From an uncultured Phycisphaerae bacterium (GTDB taxonomy: Bacteria; Planctomycetota; Phycisphaerae; Phycisphaerales; SM1A02): a stretch of DNA of 45,024 bases. The translations under genes and the position numbers were made by a program. The stretch is taken from NCBI GenBank assembly GCA_937899935.1, contig CALCOW010000150.1, forward strand, positions 1 to 45,024, given 5' to 3'. Of this stretch, positions 16,034 to 25,224 are shown piece after piece. Positions within the stretch are counted from its first letter, which is position 1. Each line of letters begins with the position of its first letter. The notes under the pieces are model-generated. The model did no database searches and was not told the DNA's origin. It saw only the letters and a list, made by a program, of their open reading frames with translations.

Positions 16034-16924
16034 CTAACGACGTTCAAATATAGCGGTCGATTGCCCCAGCGCAATATCTTTTCTCAGCATGCCAATCTCG
16101 GTGACTCTCTGCCAAGCGCTATTCGCTGTTTCTGGCGAGTACTCAATGCCAATGGATCTTCGTCCATGGGCCCGTGCCACCGTCAAGGTGGTGCCACTAC
16201 CCAAAAACGGATCCAATACCAAATCACCTGGGTTACTGCAGGCAAGAATAACACGCTCTAGATACACCTCAGGAATCTGATTTTGGTGTTGAGGGCGGCG
16301 CTCCTTGTTATTGCCTTGAATGCGGCCCCAGTATTTTCCATACCAGACGTCCATCGGGACCCGCATCCCTTGATTCTTTGACTTGGCCATGGTTCTTTTA
16401 TCACCATAGATCGCCGCTCGATCAGACTGCTCCAAAACTGCGTCACCATTCCAAGTACGCTTCTTTCGATCCTTGGCAAAATAAAGTGCGTGGACCTTAC
16501 TGTTGATAAAACCACCATCACGATGCTGTCCAAAACGGAAATGCCAGATGCACCAATTGATCATGTGCATACCACGCTGTTTGAGGTGCATCACAATCTC
16601 AGCGGCCGAGTCATCAGGAATATTGACCCACATAGAGCCATGAGGTGCAAGCACATCAATGCACTTGTCTAACCAGGCGCGCGTAAATTCTTCGTAGTCT
16701 TCACGAGGCATCGAATCATCCCACTGTTCATAAGCTACAGACCAGTTGAATGGAGGGTCAGCGAAAATAAGATCCACGTTGCCTCGCTCGGGCAATGATT
16801 CGAGAACATCACGGCAGTCGCCGACATAGGCCTGTGTATCTGGCTGTGACACTTGATAGTGCACAGAAACGGAGCGGTCATCGTTTGCCGGGGAAGAGGA
16901 TGGGGGAGAGTGACTATCTGACAT
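16034..16924 (-). CDS. DNA methyltransferase, N6_N4_Mtase family (beta class, N6-adenine or N4-cytosine)
   Basis: 296-aa ORF. Catalytic motif IV DLIFADPPFNW lies near the N-terminus. AdoMet motif I LVLDPFLGSGTTLTVA lies near the C-terminus, preceded by HQNQIPEVYLERVIL (family pattern HPtqKPveL). The IV-before-I order defines the beta class. Confidence 0.85.
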   Translation of the reverse strand: MSDSHSPPSSSPANDDRSVSVHYQVSQPDTQAYVGDCRDVLESLPERGNVDLIFADPPFNWSVAYEQWDDSMPREDYEEFTRAWLDKCIDVLAPHGSMWVNIPDDSAAEIVMHLKQRGMHMINWCIWHFRFGQHRDGGFINSKVHALYFAKDRKKRTWNGDAVLEQSDRAAIYGDKRTMAKSKNQGMRVPMDVWYGKYWGRIQGNNKERRPQHQNQIPEVYLERVILACSNPGDLVLDPFLGSGTTLTVARAHGRRSIGIEYSPETANSAWQRVTEIGMLRKDIALGQSTAIFERR

Positions 16925-17007
16925 ACAACAAAGGGACTTTACAAAAGCTCATGACTCACTGTTGCGGTGGGACAAGTTGCCCAGAACAAACTGGCTTCTC
17001 ACGGTCA

Positions 17008-17655
17008 TCATTGGGTGCCAAAGATTCGATCTCCAGCATCACCGAGGCCCGGCAAAATATAAGCCTGTGCACTAAGTTGACGATCCAGAGCGGCTGTAAA
17101 GATCGTTACATCTGGGTGTTGCTTTGCCATCAATTCAACCCCTTCTGGTGCTGCCACAAGACAAACCATACTCACTTGTTCACAACCTGCGTTACGTAAG
17201 CGATCGACGACATAGCTTGCAGAACCACCAGTAGCTAGCATTGGATCAACCACCAACACGGGACCTGCAGCGACGTCTACTGGCAACTTCTCATAATAGG
17301 CCACGGGTTGATGAGATTGTTCATCTCTATAGACACCCAGATGTCCAACGCGAGCTTCAGGCATCAATGCAAGAATTCCGTCTGTCATTCCAATGCCTGC
17401 ACGCAAGATGGGCACCAGTGTGACAGGCTTACTTAGAATCTTGCCTTTTGTTTTTTCAAGCGGTGTTTTGATCTCGATTGGTTCAGTCTCAAATGCCGCG
17501 CTGACTGAATAGACCATCAGTCCCGCAACTTGATCAAGCAGTCTACGAAAGTCATCTGAAGATGTTCGCTCGTCACGAAGCCGGCCAAGTTTCACTGCAA
17601 TCAGTGGATGATCGACGACTCGGAGATTCGGATGCTTCGAATGAGCGTTGGGCAT
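17008..17655 (-). CDS. upp: uracil phosphoribosyltransferase
   Basis: 215-aa ORF. LRVVDHPLIAVKLGRLRDERTSSDDFRRLL (Upp N-terminal signature), PRPP-binding loop VLVVDPMLATGGSA, and C-terminal YILPGLGDAGDRIFGT. Confidence 0.9.
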   Translation of the reverse strand: MPNAHSKHPNLRVVDHPLIAVKLGRLRDERTSSDDFRRLLDQVAGLMVYSVSAAFETEPIEIKTPLEKTKGKILSKPVTLVPILRAGIGMTDGILALMPEARVGHLGVYRDEQSHQPVAYYEKLPVDVAAGPVLVVDPMLATGGSASYVVDRLRNAGCEQVSMVCLVAAPEGVELMAKQHPDVTIFTAALDRQLSAQAYILPGLGDAGDRIFGTQ

Positions 17656-17725
17656 ACCAACAGTCTAACCTCTCGGAAGCAATCACACTGCTCAACCCCA
17701 ATGCCTTGCGCAGAAGATCGTTTTC

Positions 17726-20494
17726 TTAGGCGTCTCGACTGCCGAACTCTCTTCGCACGAGATTCACATCAAATGGCGAAAAGCCATGTTCATCAAACAG
17801 CATTAGTTCATTCGGAGAATCGGTGTTGATCCATGCTTCTGGAATACTCAAAAGAGATTGTCCGTCAACTTCTTTGCCATCCCTTTGGGCATTGAAGTAT
17901 CGGCCAACGTTGTTTCCATTGAAATAGAGTTGGCCTTTACTCATAGATCCAACATCACACCAGAGTGGTGAAACGCCTTTGCTCAATGCAGCGCCACCAA
18001 ACTCAGCTCGCCACCAGCAGGGTGTTCCTTTGTTCTTCGCGGCCTCCGCGGGATTCGTTTGATCAAAGGACTTTACGTCTGGTCCTTCCCAACGAGCAAA
18101 TGCCCAGTTTCCATCGCCGAGTTGGCCCACGCTTTCTAATATACGTAACGACTTACAAATCTGATCCGTATTCTCTTGTCTAGGATCTGGGGCAAAGCGA
18201 AGAACGTTCTTTCCTCGCTTCATACAGTTTGTGGAGTCGAGAGAAATGACAATTCGTTTACTACTAATACCCCGATCACCTGGATAATAGATGAGTGGTT
18301 CATCATTCAGCAGTAATGAACCACTGACTGGGCTATCCTGAATATCCACAATCAATGGTGCTTTTTTTGCGTGTTCAAAGGCCCATGTAAATTGGGTGGA
18401 TACACTCTGATCTCCGCCACCCAAACCAAAGATATTTGGACGTATGTCAAACGGGCTTATCGGTTCTGCTTGAACCGTCTTTTGTTTTACTCCTGACAAC
18501 TTCTTGACTTCATAGAGATGGCTGCCAATGCCCTTAACTTCATGCAGTTCGTTGCCGCCATCGAGTCGCCCGAGATTGTCCGCCAGGACCACGAGTGTGT
18601 GATTGCCAGCGGTAAGTTGCAGGTCAAATTCTGTAGGCGTGGCGCCAGGGCCAACGCCAGTGAGGCATTGCAGTGTCCCATCCAAATACCACGCCAGTCG
18701 ATCACCGCCTTGAGGCACCATGCATGTATGTGTTCGGCTTGACTTGACTTTACTATTGATGCGATACCACCCATAGCCTTCGGGTGAGCCGCATGTGATC
18801 AGATCACTGGGCCCGTTAAGTGATGCAAATCGTGGTGATTGACCACTTACGAAGTCGTCTTGCGCATTTACAAACCACTCTTTTGGCTTCATGGCGCGCG
18901 ATGATCGCTTGCTGCCACGCACACCTGGCAGTGTTTCTTTGCCGCCAACTGAAAGAGCAATCACTTCTTTCCAGTCAGCTCCAAGCCTGGGGGTACCATC
19001 ACTGCTTGTCCAAGCAGCGCCACAATACAGTTGATTTCCATGAATCACCGTCGCGTCAACTTGCTTTTCGTTACATATGACGACTATCACGTCTTCATGA
19101 TCAACCATCAGTGGCTCTAAGCCTGTCGGAACAATCGCTTGTAGGGGGCGGCCATCGATTGATAGGTGCGCTGGAGAACCAGCCGATCCAAAGAAAACGG
19201 CAATCTTCCTATCAATCACGGTGAGCGGGCATACATTGGCATAGTCCAAGCGACCTGCGCCACAAAGATCGGTGTTGAGCAAATACCAACCGACCAGTTG
19301 CTCGCCTAGATCAATTGGTAGTTGGTTCCCATCAGGAAGCAGCAGCTCAGTTGTTGCCTTTATCCCGTTCGCAAAAGCGAAAACGACCGTGCCTCCGCTA
19401 CCACTTTGCGTGACTATCGATGACACTTGTGCTTGTGTCTTTGAGATCTTTGTAGAGGGCCTTCGAACGGTACTGGCCACCGGCTGAAAGTTTGGGTCGA
19501 GATGACTAAATACGTGGCTAAAGGTTGAAGCGAACGTTGTGATGCGACGTAGAATGGCGAGTCCATCAGTCGGTATACCTGCTTCACTCATCGGCGCTGC
19601 ATTGGCAACGCTCGTTGCCGCAAAGCGATTTTGCTGGCCGACAAATCGCCCTCCAAGGAATCCAAAATTTGTGCCGCCATGAATGTGATCCAATATGAAC
19701 TGGCCACCAGCAGCGAGGACCTCGGCAATCTGGCTTTGCAGATCAAGAGCATCCGGGACCTCTTGTGGTGCTTCTGTGGACACGCCTATCTCTGCCAGCG
19801 GCAGTGATGTGACCAATCTTGGCACTTCTGGTTGCAACACTCTTAACTGACGCAGATGCCCGAGATGTTGGCCTTGGCTGCGCCAGGTGTGAATCGAATC
19901 ATGATCAGCAGCCCATAGATCATTCGCATTGGTGATTGGAACAGCAATACCACTTTCACGCACAAATCGAATGAGTTCACCAAGATATCTCGCTGATTCA
20001 TCTTCATTCGAACATTGCCAAGCGTGTTCAACCTGAACCGCAACAACTGGTCCGCCCTTGGTGATTTGCAAGTCCGAAATCTGATTGATCAATCGACTGA
20101 GATATGTGGTAGCGTGCTGCATAAACAAACCCACCCCGCTACGCACCAGAACATCACTCTCAAGTGTGAGCCAGTGGGGGAGGCCACCGCCGTCGTAGCC
20201 GCGTCCAATAGACGGTCCCACTTGCAAGACAACATGCAAACCGGTCTCAGCAGCAAGGGCGCAGAAGTGTGCAATGTCACCCTGATCCTTAAAATTAAAT
20301 TGCCCTTTCCTTGGCTCATGGAGGAGCCAAGGGCATGCGGTTTGAACGGTGTTAAAACCCGACTCTTTGATGGTGTGTAGTCGCGATGCCCAAGTCGATG
20401 CAGGCATGCGGGCATAATCCAATTGGGCCCCTACGAGCCACAATCTTCGCCCATCAACCGAAAAACTCTGCCCATTCGTACTAACAACGGCCAT
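17726..20494 (-). CDS. glycoside hydrolase, GH35-like beta-galactosidase family with long C-terminal beta-rich extension
   Basis: The N-terminal TIM-barrel region resembles GH35: FSVDGRRLWLVGAQLDYARMPASTWASRLHTIKESGFNTVQTACPWLLHEPRKGQFNF...GLHVVLQVGPSIGRGYDGGGLPHWL...GGPVVAVQVEHAW. The track start 20605 would overlap the divergent TolC-like gene. I prefer ATG at 20494 (MAVVSTNGQSF...). No signal peptide is seen at that start. Confidence 0.7.
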   Translation of the reverse strand: MAVVSTNGQSFSVDGRRLWLVGAQLDYARMPASTWASRLHTIKESGFNTVQTACPWLLHEPRKGQFNFKDQGDIAHFCALAAETGLHVVLQVGPSIGRGYDGGGLPHWLTLESDVLVRSGVGLFMQHATTYLSRLINQISDLQITKGGPVVAVQVEHAWQCSNEDESARYLGELIRFVRESGIAVPITNANDLWAADHDSIHTWRSQGQHLGHLRQLRVLQPEVPRLVTSLPLAEIGVSTEAPQEVPDALDLQSQIAEVLAAGGQFILDHIHGGTNFGFLGGRFVGQQNRFAATSVANAAPMSEAGIPTDGLAILRRITTFASTFSHVFSHLDPNFQPVASTVRRPSTKISKTQAQVSSIVTQSGSGGTVVFAFANGIKATTELLLPDGNQLPIDLGEQLVGWYLLNTDLCGAGRLDYANVCPLTVIDRKIAVFFGSAGSPAHLSIDGRPLQAIVPTGLEPLMVDHEDVIVVICNEKQVDATVIHGNQLYCGAAWTSSDGTPRLGADWKEVIALSVGGKETLPGVRGSKRSSRAMKPKEWFVNAQDDFVSGQSPRFASLNGPSDLITCGSPEGYGWYRINSKVKSSRTHTCMVPQGGDRLAWYLDGTLQCLTGVGPGATPTEFDLQLTAGNHTLVVLADNLGRLDGGNELHEVKGIGSHLYEVKKLSGVKQKTVQAEPISPFDIRPNIFGLGGGDQSVSTQFTWAFEHAKKAPLIVDIQDSPVSGSLLLNDEPLIYYPGDRGISSKRIVISLDSTNCMKRGKNVLRFAPDPRQENTDQICKSLRILESVGQLGDGNWAFARWEGPDVKSFDQTNPAEAAKNKGTPCWWRAEFGGAALSKGVSPLWCDVGSMSKGQLYFNGNNVGRYFNAQRDGKEVDGQSLLSIPEAWINTDSPNELMLFDEHGFSPFDVNLVRREFGSRDA

Positions 20495-20557
20495 AACGCA
20501 TCCCTTATTGGGGCCATAATGAATCCCGACACCACACGAGGTGGCACTCTTTATACG

Positions 20558-22414
20558 ATGAGCAGCCTCATGAGTTTGCGAAGAGCCAATCTTGTTCGGA
20601 TTCAAAAAGAAGCCCCAAGGCGGCGGTATCCGTCCAAAACTGCCATAACTAGCACTGGCAGCGTCACTTTGGTCACCATTGGTCTGATGTTATCGGGGTT
20701 AAGCCTGGTGAGCTGCCAGTCCCCTTTGGCAGAGATTGACCAACAAGTCGATCAACTAGTGGCGGAACATTCGGCCAGTATGACACCGCCAAATGCAAAG
20801 CCCATTATGGCTGTACCGCCACCGAGCCAGTCCTCTTGGTTGGAAGCTCAGGATATTTACGATCGAACGCCCGAAACAAACAATCCGAGCGCCGATGAGC
20901 TGACTTATATTCCAACTGCATCCGCAGATGCACAAGCTGTCGCAAAGCGACTACAAGCTGTTTATAAAATTCCGCCGGACGCGCCTCGCTTTGACCTGCA
21001 GGCAGCACTGCAGTACGGAACACGTAACAGCAGAGAGTACGCCTATGCGCGAGAGGATTACCTCATCTCCTGCCTCGATCTTCTGATTGAGATGCACCGC
21101 TGGGATCCACAATTCTTTGACACCATTCGAGGCACCCTTGACAGTGACAATGATGATGGTTTTTACGAAACGTCACTGAAGCTTGTCAATGATTTTAGGG
21201 TAACACAACTACTACCTTATGGTGGCTCTGTTGCTGCTCAGGTTCTAGCACAAGCGAGCGAAGATCTACACACACAGGTGAATGACAGCAATTACTCAAC
21301 ACCAGAGTTGTACCTTACTGCGGAGATACCGCTTCTCCGTGGCGCTGGCATGTATGCCCAACGCGAACTGATACAACAACAGCGTAATGTTGTCTATGCG
21401 GCTCGAACATTTGAGACATTCCGCAGAGGTTTTCTTGTTGAAATTTCGAGTGCCTATCTAAATCTGGTTGTACAACAACAACTTCTTGAGAATCGGCAGC
21501 GTGCTATTGCTCAATTACAGCGTGTTGCGACCCAAGAACGTGCTCTCTACGAAGCCGGCCGTAAGCGTCTCTACGACGTGACCTTGGCTGAAAACGCTGT
21601 CTTACAGTCAGTTGATACGTACAACCGGAATCGTGAGGCGCTGCAATTAGCAATCGATCAGTTTAAAGTTCGGCTCAACTATCCAGTCGAGGAGCCAATG
21701 ATCATTATTACGTCACTGATTGGTCTAGTGGCACCGGATTCCAGCATGGATGAGGCTGTGATTGCAGCGATGGCGTTACGCCTGGATCTACAAACCGAAC
21801 GCAATAAATTGGCAGATCTTGTACGCAACGTTGAAAACGCTCGAAATCAGATCCTCGGTGACTTGAACCTCACAGGATCAGCATCTTTCAACTCACAAGG
21901 CGAGCTGACCTCCGAGGCACTGGAGGATCAATTCAGTGAACCAGACTTTCAGGTGGGACTTTCATACGGTGTGCCGCTCAACAGAAAAATTGAGCGATTA
22001 CGGCTCCGTCGAAACCAGGTCAATCTTGAGCGAGGTCGTCTGAAGTACTCGCAATTTCGCGATACGATTGCGATTGAAGTGCGGAACCGGATCCGAGACA
22101 TCGATGTCGCGAGATTCAACCTCGACCTGCAGGAACAGAATGTCGCGATCGCTGAGATCGGAGTTGAATCACTTGAGGCCCAACCCGATCGTGTCACGAT
22201 CCTGGATATTCTCAAAGCAATTGAGGACCTTCGTAAAGCTCGTGATGGGCGTGACTCTGCAACCCGTGACCTCGAGGTCTCTATTTTGCAGTATCTACGG
22301 GATTCCGGTCAGCTCCGCGTGAAGACTGATGGAGCGATTGATCCACTTGAGGGCATGGTTGTTACACCAACGAGCAGCCCCCGTACCAGCAATCCTCGCG
22401 AATCAGGGCCTTAG
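20558..22414 (+). CDS. outer membrane efflux protein (TolC/OprM/NodT-like outer membrane factor), probable lipoprotein
   Basis: The track ORF starts at 20423, inside the divergent gene. I prefer ATG at 20558 (MSSLMSLRR...), which is followed by the hydrophobic stretch and lipobox GLSLVSC. Two OEP-type repeats are present, with characteristic segments (LQAALQYGTRNSREYAYARED; AYLNLVVQQQLLENRQRAI...ALYEAGRKRLYDV). Confidence 0.8.
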   Translation: MSSLMSLRRANLVRIQKEAPRRRYPSKTAITSTGSVTLVTIGLMLSGLSLVSCQSPLAEIDQQVDQLVAEHSASMTPPNAKPIMAVPPPSQSSWLEAQDIYDRTPETNNPSADELTYIPTASADAQAVAKRLQAVYKIPPDAPRFDLQAALQYGTRNSREYAYAREDYLISCLDLLIEMHRWDPQFFDTIRGTLDSDNDDGFYETSLKLVNDFRVTQLLPYGGSVAAQVLAQASEDLHTQVNDSNYSTPELYLTAEIPLLRGAGMYAQRELIQQQRNVVYAARTFETFRRGFLVEISSAYLNLVVQQQLLENRQRAIAQLQRVATQERALYEAGRKRLYDVTLAENAVLQSVDTYNRNREALQLAIDQFKVRLNYPVEEPMIIITSLIGLVAPDSSMDEAVIAAMALRLDLQTERNKLADLVRNVENARNQILGDLNLTGSASFNSQGELTSEALEDQFSEPDFQVGLSYGVPLNRKIERLRLRRNQVNLERGRLKYSQFRDTIAIEVRNRIRDIDVARFNLDLQEQNVAIAEIGVESLEAQPDRVTILDILKAIEDLRKARDGRDSATRDLEVSILQYLRDSGQLRVKTDGAIDPLEGMVVTPTSSPRTSNPRESGP

Positions 22415-22586
22415 TCATCTAGCCTGAATATTGGGTCTTTAGGTACACGGGACGTCCCATATCTACTTGTTGTCAATCGCCTCTGGATACAGGCTGCAAT
22501 GGGACATACCATGAGGCTCAGGAGAAACCTTAGGCACCCAAAGAACCGTCCAATGAGCACACCCGAAAGTGCACAGAAGTTCACAT

Positions 22587-24101
22587 ATGAGCCAGTCAGC
22601 ACATCAACGTTCTGGTCAAATAGCGCCTCTTATGGTGGGTGGTGTAGCGGCTGTTGGTGTCGCATTAGCCGTCATTTTGGGCGTCAGTGTAAGTGGGGGT
22701 GATTCACCTGAAGCTGCTGCTGCAGAACTGTTCACCGTCGATCATGGTGATTTCAAAGTAACCGTGCCATGCTCTGGTGAACTGGCGGCCATGAATCAGA
22801 TCGAGATCTATAACACGCTTGAAGGCCGTGCGGTTATCTCAGAGATTGTCGACGAAGGGACCTTCGTGGCAAAGGATGATGTGTTACTGCGTTTCGATGA
22901 TGGAACGGTGCGGGACAACATCAAGAAGCTTCAGGAAGAAGTTGCCCAAGCGGATAATTCGCTCGATGCTGCCACCGCTGCTTGGGAAATACAGAAACAA
23001 TCTCAAGCTTCTGAGATGGCGGAGCGCCAAGTGGCGATTGACCTTGCTGAAATCGCACTGAAGGCATGGCTTGAAGGCCACGATGTGTCCAAGAAGCAAG
23101 AGCTTGAGATGGGCATCCAAACTGCTGAGAAAGACCATGATCGACTGGCACAGCGGTTTGACCATTCGAAAACGCTCAAAGAAAAAGACTATATCAATAA
23201 CGAGGAACTTCTTAAGGATGAGATCGCTTACCTCAACGCACAAGTCGCGCTCAAAAAAGCGCGTCTCGATCGCACGATTTACCTCGAATACAGCCGTGAG
23301 AAAGAACTCAAGAAACTAAGCTCTGATGTGACGCAAGCAAACGCTGAGTATGGCCGGGCCAAAATGCGTCTTGAAGCATCTGTTCGCAGCAAGCTCAGTG
23401 GTGTCGAGTTAGCCCAACTGCAGCTTGAGTCAACCAACGATCGGTTGAAAAAACTAGAAGATCAACTCACCAAATGTACTGTCACCGCCCCCTCTGCAGG
23501 CTTGGTTGTCTACGCAAGCAGCCTTGAGTCGATGGGATGGCGAGATCGTGATAATCCACCGTCCGTCGGTACAGAGCTCAACCGTAATCAGCCTGTTATT
23601 GTCTTGCCTGACACCTCTCAGATGATTGCCGAAGTCAAAGTCAACGAAGCGCTCAGCGGTATGATTCAAACCGGGCAACAAGTTTCTGTTTCATCTGATG
23701 CCCTGCCAGACACCATTGTCCTCGGTGAAGTACTCCAAGTTGGTGTACTCGCAGAAGGTGGTGGTTGGCGCGATCCCAACCGTCGCGATTACACGGTCAA
23801 AGTCAAGTTAGTCAATGCAGAAGGCCTTGGCCTTAAACCATCAATGCGGTGTAAAGCTGAGATCATCGTTGCACAAGTAGATGATGTTCTCTACATACCG
23901 ATACCCGCCATCCACCGTAGTGGTGCACTGATCTACACCTATGTACTTGAGAGTGATGGATTCCATCAGCGAGCCATCAAATTGGGCCAGGTTTCAGACC
24001 TCTATGCGGAAATCCTAGATGGCCTTGAGCCTGGTGGCGTGGTTCTGCTTCGAGAACCAGCCCCTTCAGAGATCGCTGTACGCATTGAAGACCGCTCTTA
24101 G
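22587..24101 (+). CDS. HlyD/MacA-type periplasmic adaptor (membrane fusion protein)
   Basis: N-terminal TM anchor (LMVGGVAAVGVALAVILGV). Lipoyl-like half (GELAAMNQIEIYNTLEGRAVISEIVDEGTFVAKDDVLLRFDD). Long coiled-coil hairpin, then the second lipoyl half (CTVTAPSAGLVVY) and beta-barrel/MP domains. The start is either ATG 22587 or GTG 22569. Confidence 0.85.
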   Translation: MSQSAHQRSGQIAPLMVGGVAAVGVALAVILGVSVSGGDSPEAAAAELFTVDHGDFKVTVPCSGELAAMNQIEIYNTLEGRAVISEIVDEGTFVAKDDVLLRFDDGTVRDNIKKLQEEVAQADNSLDAATAAWEIQKQSQASEMAERQVAIDLAEIALKAWLEGHDVSKKQELEMGIQTAEKDHDRLAQRFDHSKTLKEKDYINNEELLKDEIAYLNAQVALKKARLDRTIYLEYSREKELKKLSSDVTQANAEYGRAKMRLEASVRSKLSGVELAQLQLESTNDRLKKLEDQLTKCTVTAPSAGLVVYASSLESMGWRDRDNPPSVGTELNRNQPVIVLPDTSQMIAEVKVNEALSGMIQTGQQVSVSSDALPDTIVLGEVLQVGVLAEGGGWRDPNRRDYTVKVKLVNAEGLGLKPSMRCKAEIIVAQVDDVLYIPIPAIHRSGALIYTYVLESDGFHQRAIKLGQVSDLYAEILDGLEPGGVVLLREPAPSEIAVRIEDRS

Positions 24102-24186
24102 GCACAGCCTCTCATCCGATCAATGTATTTTCCGTGGTAGTATTCTCTCGTCTTCTCATCAGGAATGAGGTCAAGGAGGATATTTT

Positions 24187-25224
24187 ATGGTTCCCACGCG
24201 TTTACTCTCCATCGCACTCTTGGCACTTATGGCCTCTTGCGCCCCCTACAACACCTATCCAAGGGTGGAACATATCGGCTCAAAGCACGACATCGGACAC
24301 GAACCAATGTCAACACTGGTCGTGGAATCATTGCGCTACGCCGATGAGAGTTATGGACTTGATGAAGAACTAATCATCAATCTGCCAGAGGGCACGCCGG
24401 CTGAAATTTATGAAGTGTTCATTGAGCGAATCGGTCGAGGCCGCCCCATGATCGATGCGAGTGAATCTGCGCTCACGATCAAAGAGATACGAACTCGTGG
24501 ATTGAAGGGTGAGGTTGATGTGATTTACCCGACTGGTCAGGGGAAGTATGCGCTCGCTACGATCTTCTTTGACCGCGGACTTCTCAACGACTACGCGGTG
24601 GTCAATGCACGCCGATGGCGTATTCCGACGGCTCAGCCCAAGCCCAGCTATCCTGCGGCCCTGAGGTATCAACGTATCGAAGAGGGCCTTGAACCGGTCG
24701 ATCAAAATGTCGCCGTTGAAAGTAATGCTCCCAAATCCCCACAGATTGCCTCGGTCAAGATTACTGGAACCACCGCAACCCGCGCTGAGCCAGCTCAATA
24801 TGTTATTAGAGCCCAGCCAGGCCAAGCATTTGATCAAGATGTGATTGATCGAGATATTGCAGCATTAACCATGCTTGGTGTTTATGCCAATGTTGATTGG
24901 TCGACCTCCACGCGAGTCGATGGTTCTGTTGAGGTGATCTATCAACTTACGGAAACACCTGTTATTGAACAGATCGTGATCGTTGGAAACTCCAATATTT
25001 CAGACCGAGAATTATCCAATTTGATCGCCACTCATCCAGGTGACCTGCGTAATGACGCGGCCATCGAAGAAGGACGTCAGCGAATCATCTTGCTCTATAA
25101 AGAGAGAGGTTTCGATGGGACAACCGTGGATATTGACGAAGCGATGTTGGATGACGAGTGGATGTTGGTCTATCGCGTCAATGAACCACAAGGCATGACC
25201 GCTACTGCTCCAGATCAGCCATGA
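24187..25224 (+). CDS. lipoprotein with two BamA-type POTRA repeats and no beta-barrel
   Basis: Strong AAGGAGGA lies 6 nt upstream of the ATG. Signal plus lipobox LLALMASC. The C-terminal half has two POTRA-like units (IASVKITGTTATRAEPAQYVIRAQPGQAFDQDVIDRDIAALTMLGVYANVDW...VEVIYQLTE and IEQIVIVGNSNISDRELSNLIATHPGDLRNDAAIEEGRQRIILLYKERGFDGTTVDID...LVYRVNE). The ORF ends about 15 residues later, so there is no room for a 16-strand barrel. Confidence 0.72.
   Translation: MVPTRLLSIALLALMASCAPYNTYPRVEHIGSKHDIGHEPMSTLVVESLRYADESYGLDEELIINLPEGTPAEIYEVFIERIGRGRPMIDASESALTIKEIRTRGLKGEVDVIYPTGQGKYALATIFFDRGLLNDYAVVNARRWRIPTAQPKPSYPAALRYQRIEEGLEPVDQNVAVESNAPKSPQIASVKITGTTATRAEPAQYVIRAQPGQAFDQDVIDRDIAALTMLGVYANVDWSTSTRVDGSVEVIYQLTETPVIEQIVIVGNSNISDRELSNLIATHPGDLRNDAAIEEGRQRIILLYKERGFDGTTVDIDEAMLDDEWMLVYRVNEPQGMTATAPDQP

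Noticed and set aside
15615-16261. Track ORFs 15615..15848 (minus, 77 aa) and 15785..16261 (plus, 158 aa) in or near the long gap
   Set aside because: Both have Arg/Ser/Leu-rich, motif-free sequences. One overlaps the phosphoesterase start and the other runs antisense into the methyltransferase gene. Neither has a convincing ribosome-binding site.
14669-17655. Restriction-modification or other defence system around the methyltransferase
   Set aside because: The flanking genes are clearly upp and a phosphoesterase-tsaB operon. No nuclease, helicase, specificity subunit or ATPase ORF is present, so the MTase is treated as an orphan rather than part of an R-M system.
20423-20605. Long N-terminal extensions of the TolC-like ORF (from 20423) and the GH35-like ORF (to 20605) that overlap each other on opposite strands
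   Set aside because: The extensions have no signal or domain features and would give a 183-nt antisense overlap. Internal ATGs at 20558 and 20494 give sensible N-termini (lipoprotein signal; start of the GH35 barrel) and a 63-nt divergent spacer.
20558-24101. Complete type I secretion system or tripartite efflux pump
   Set aside because: Only the outer-membrane factor and the adaptor are present. No ABC, RND or MFS component and no RTX-like substrate is encoded in the window, so it cannot be called a complete system.
24370-24837. 155-aa minus-strand ORF inside the POTRA lipoprotein gene; similar nested ORFs lie at 38966..39591 inside the permease and at 28120..28621 inside the Nramp gene
   Set aside because: All lie antisense or out of frame within genes that have clear family signatures. 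They show skewed composition (Arg/Ser/Cys/Trp-rich) and no start-site signals.
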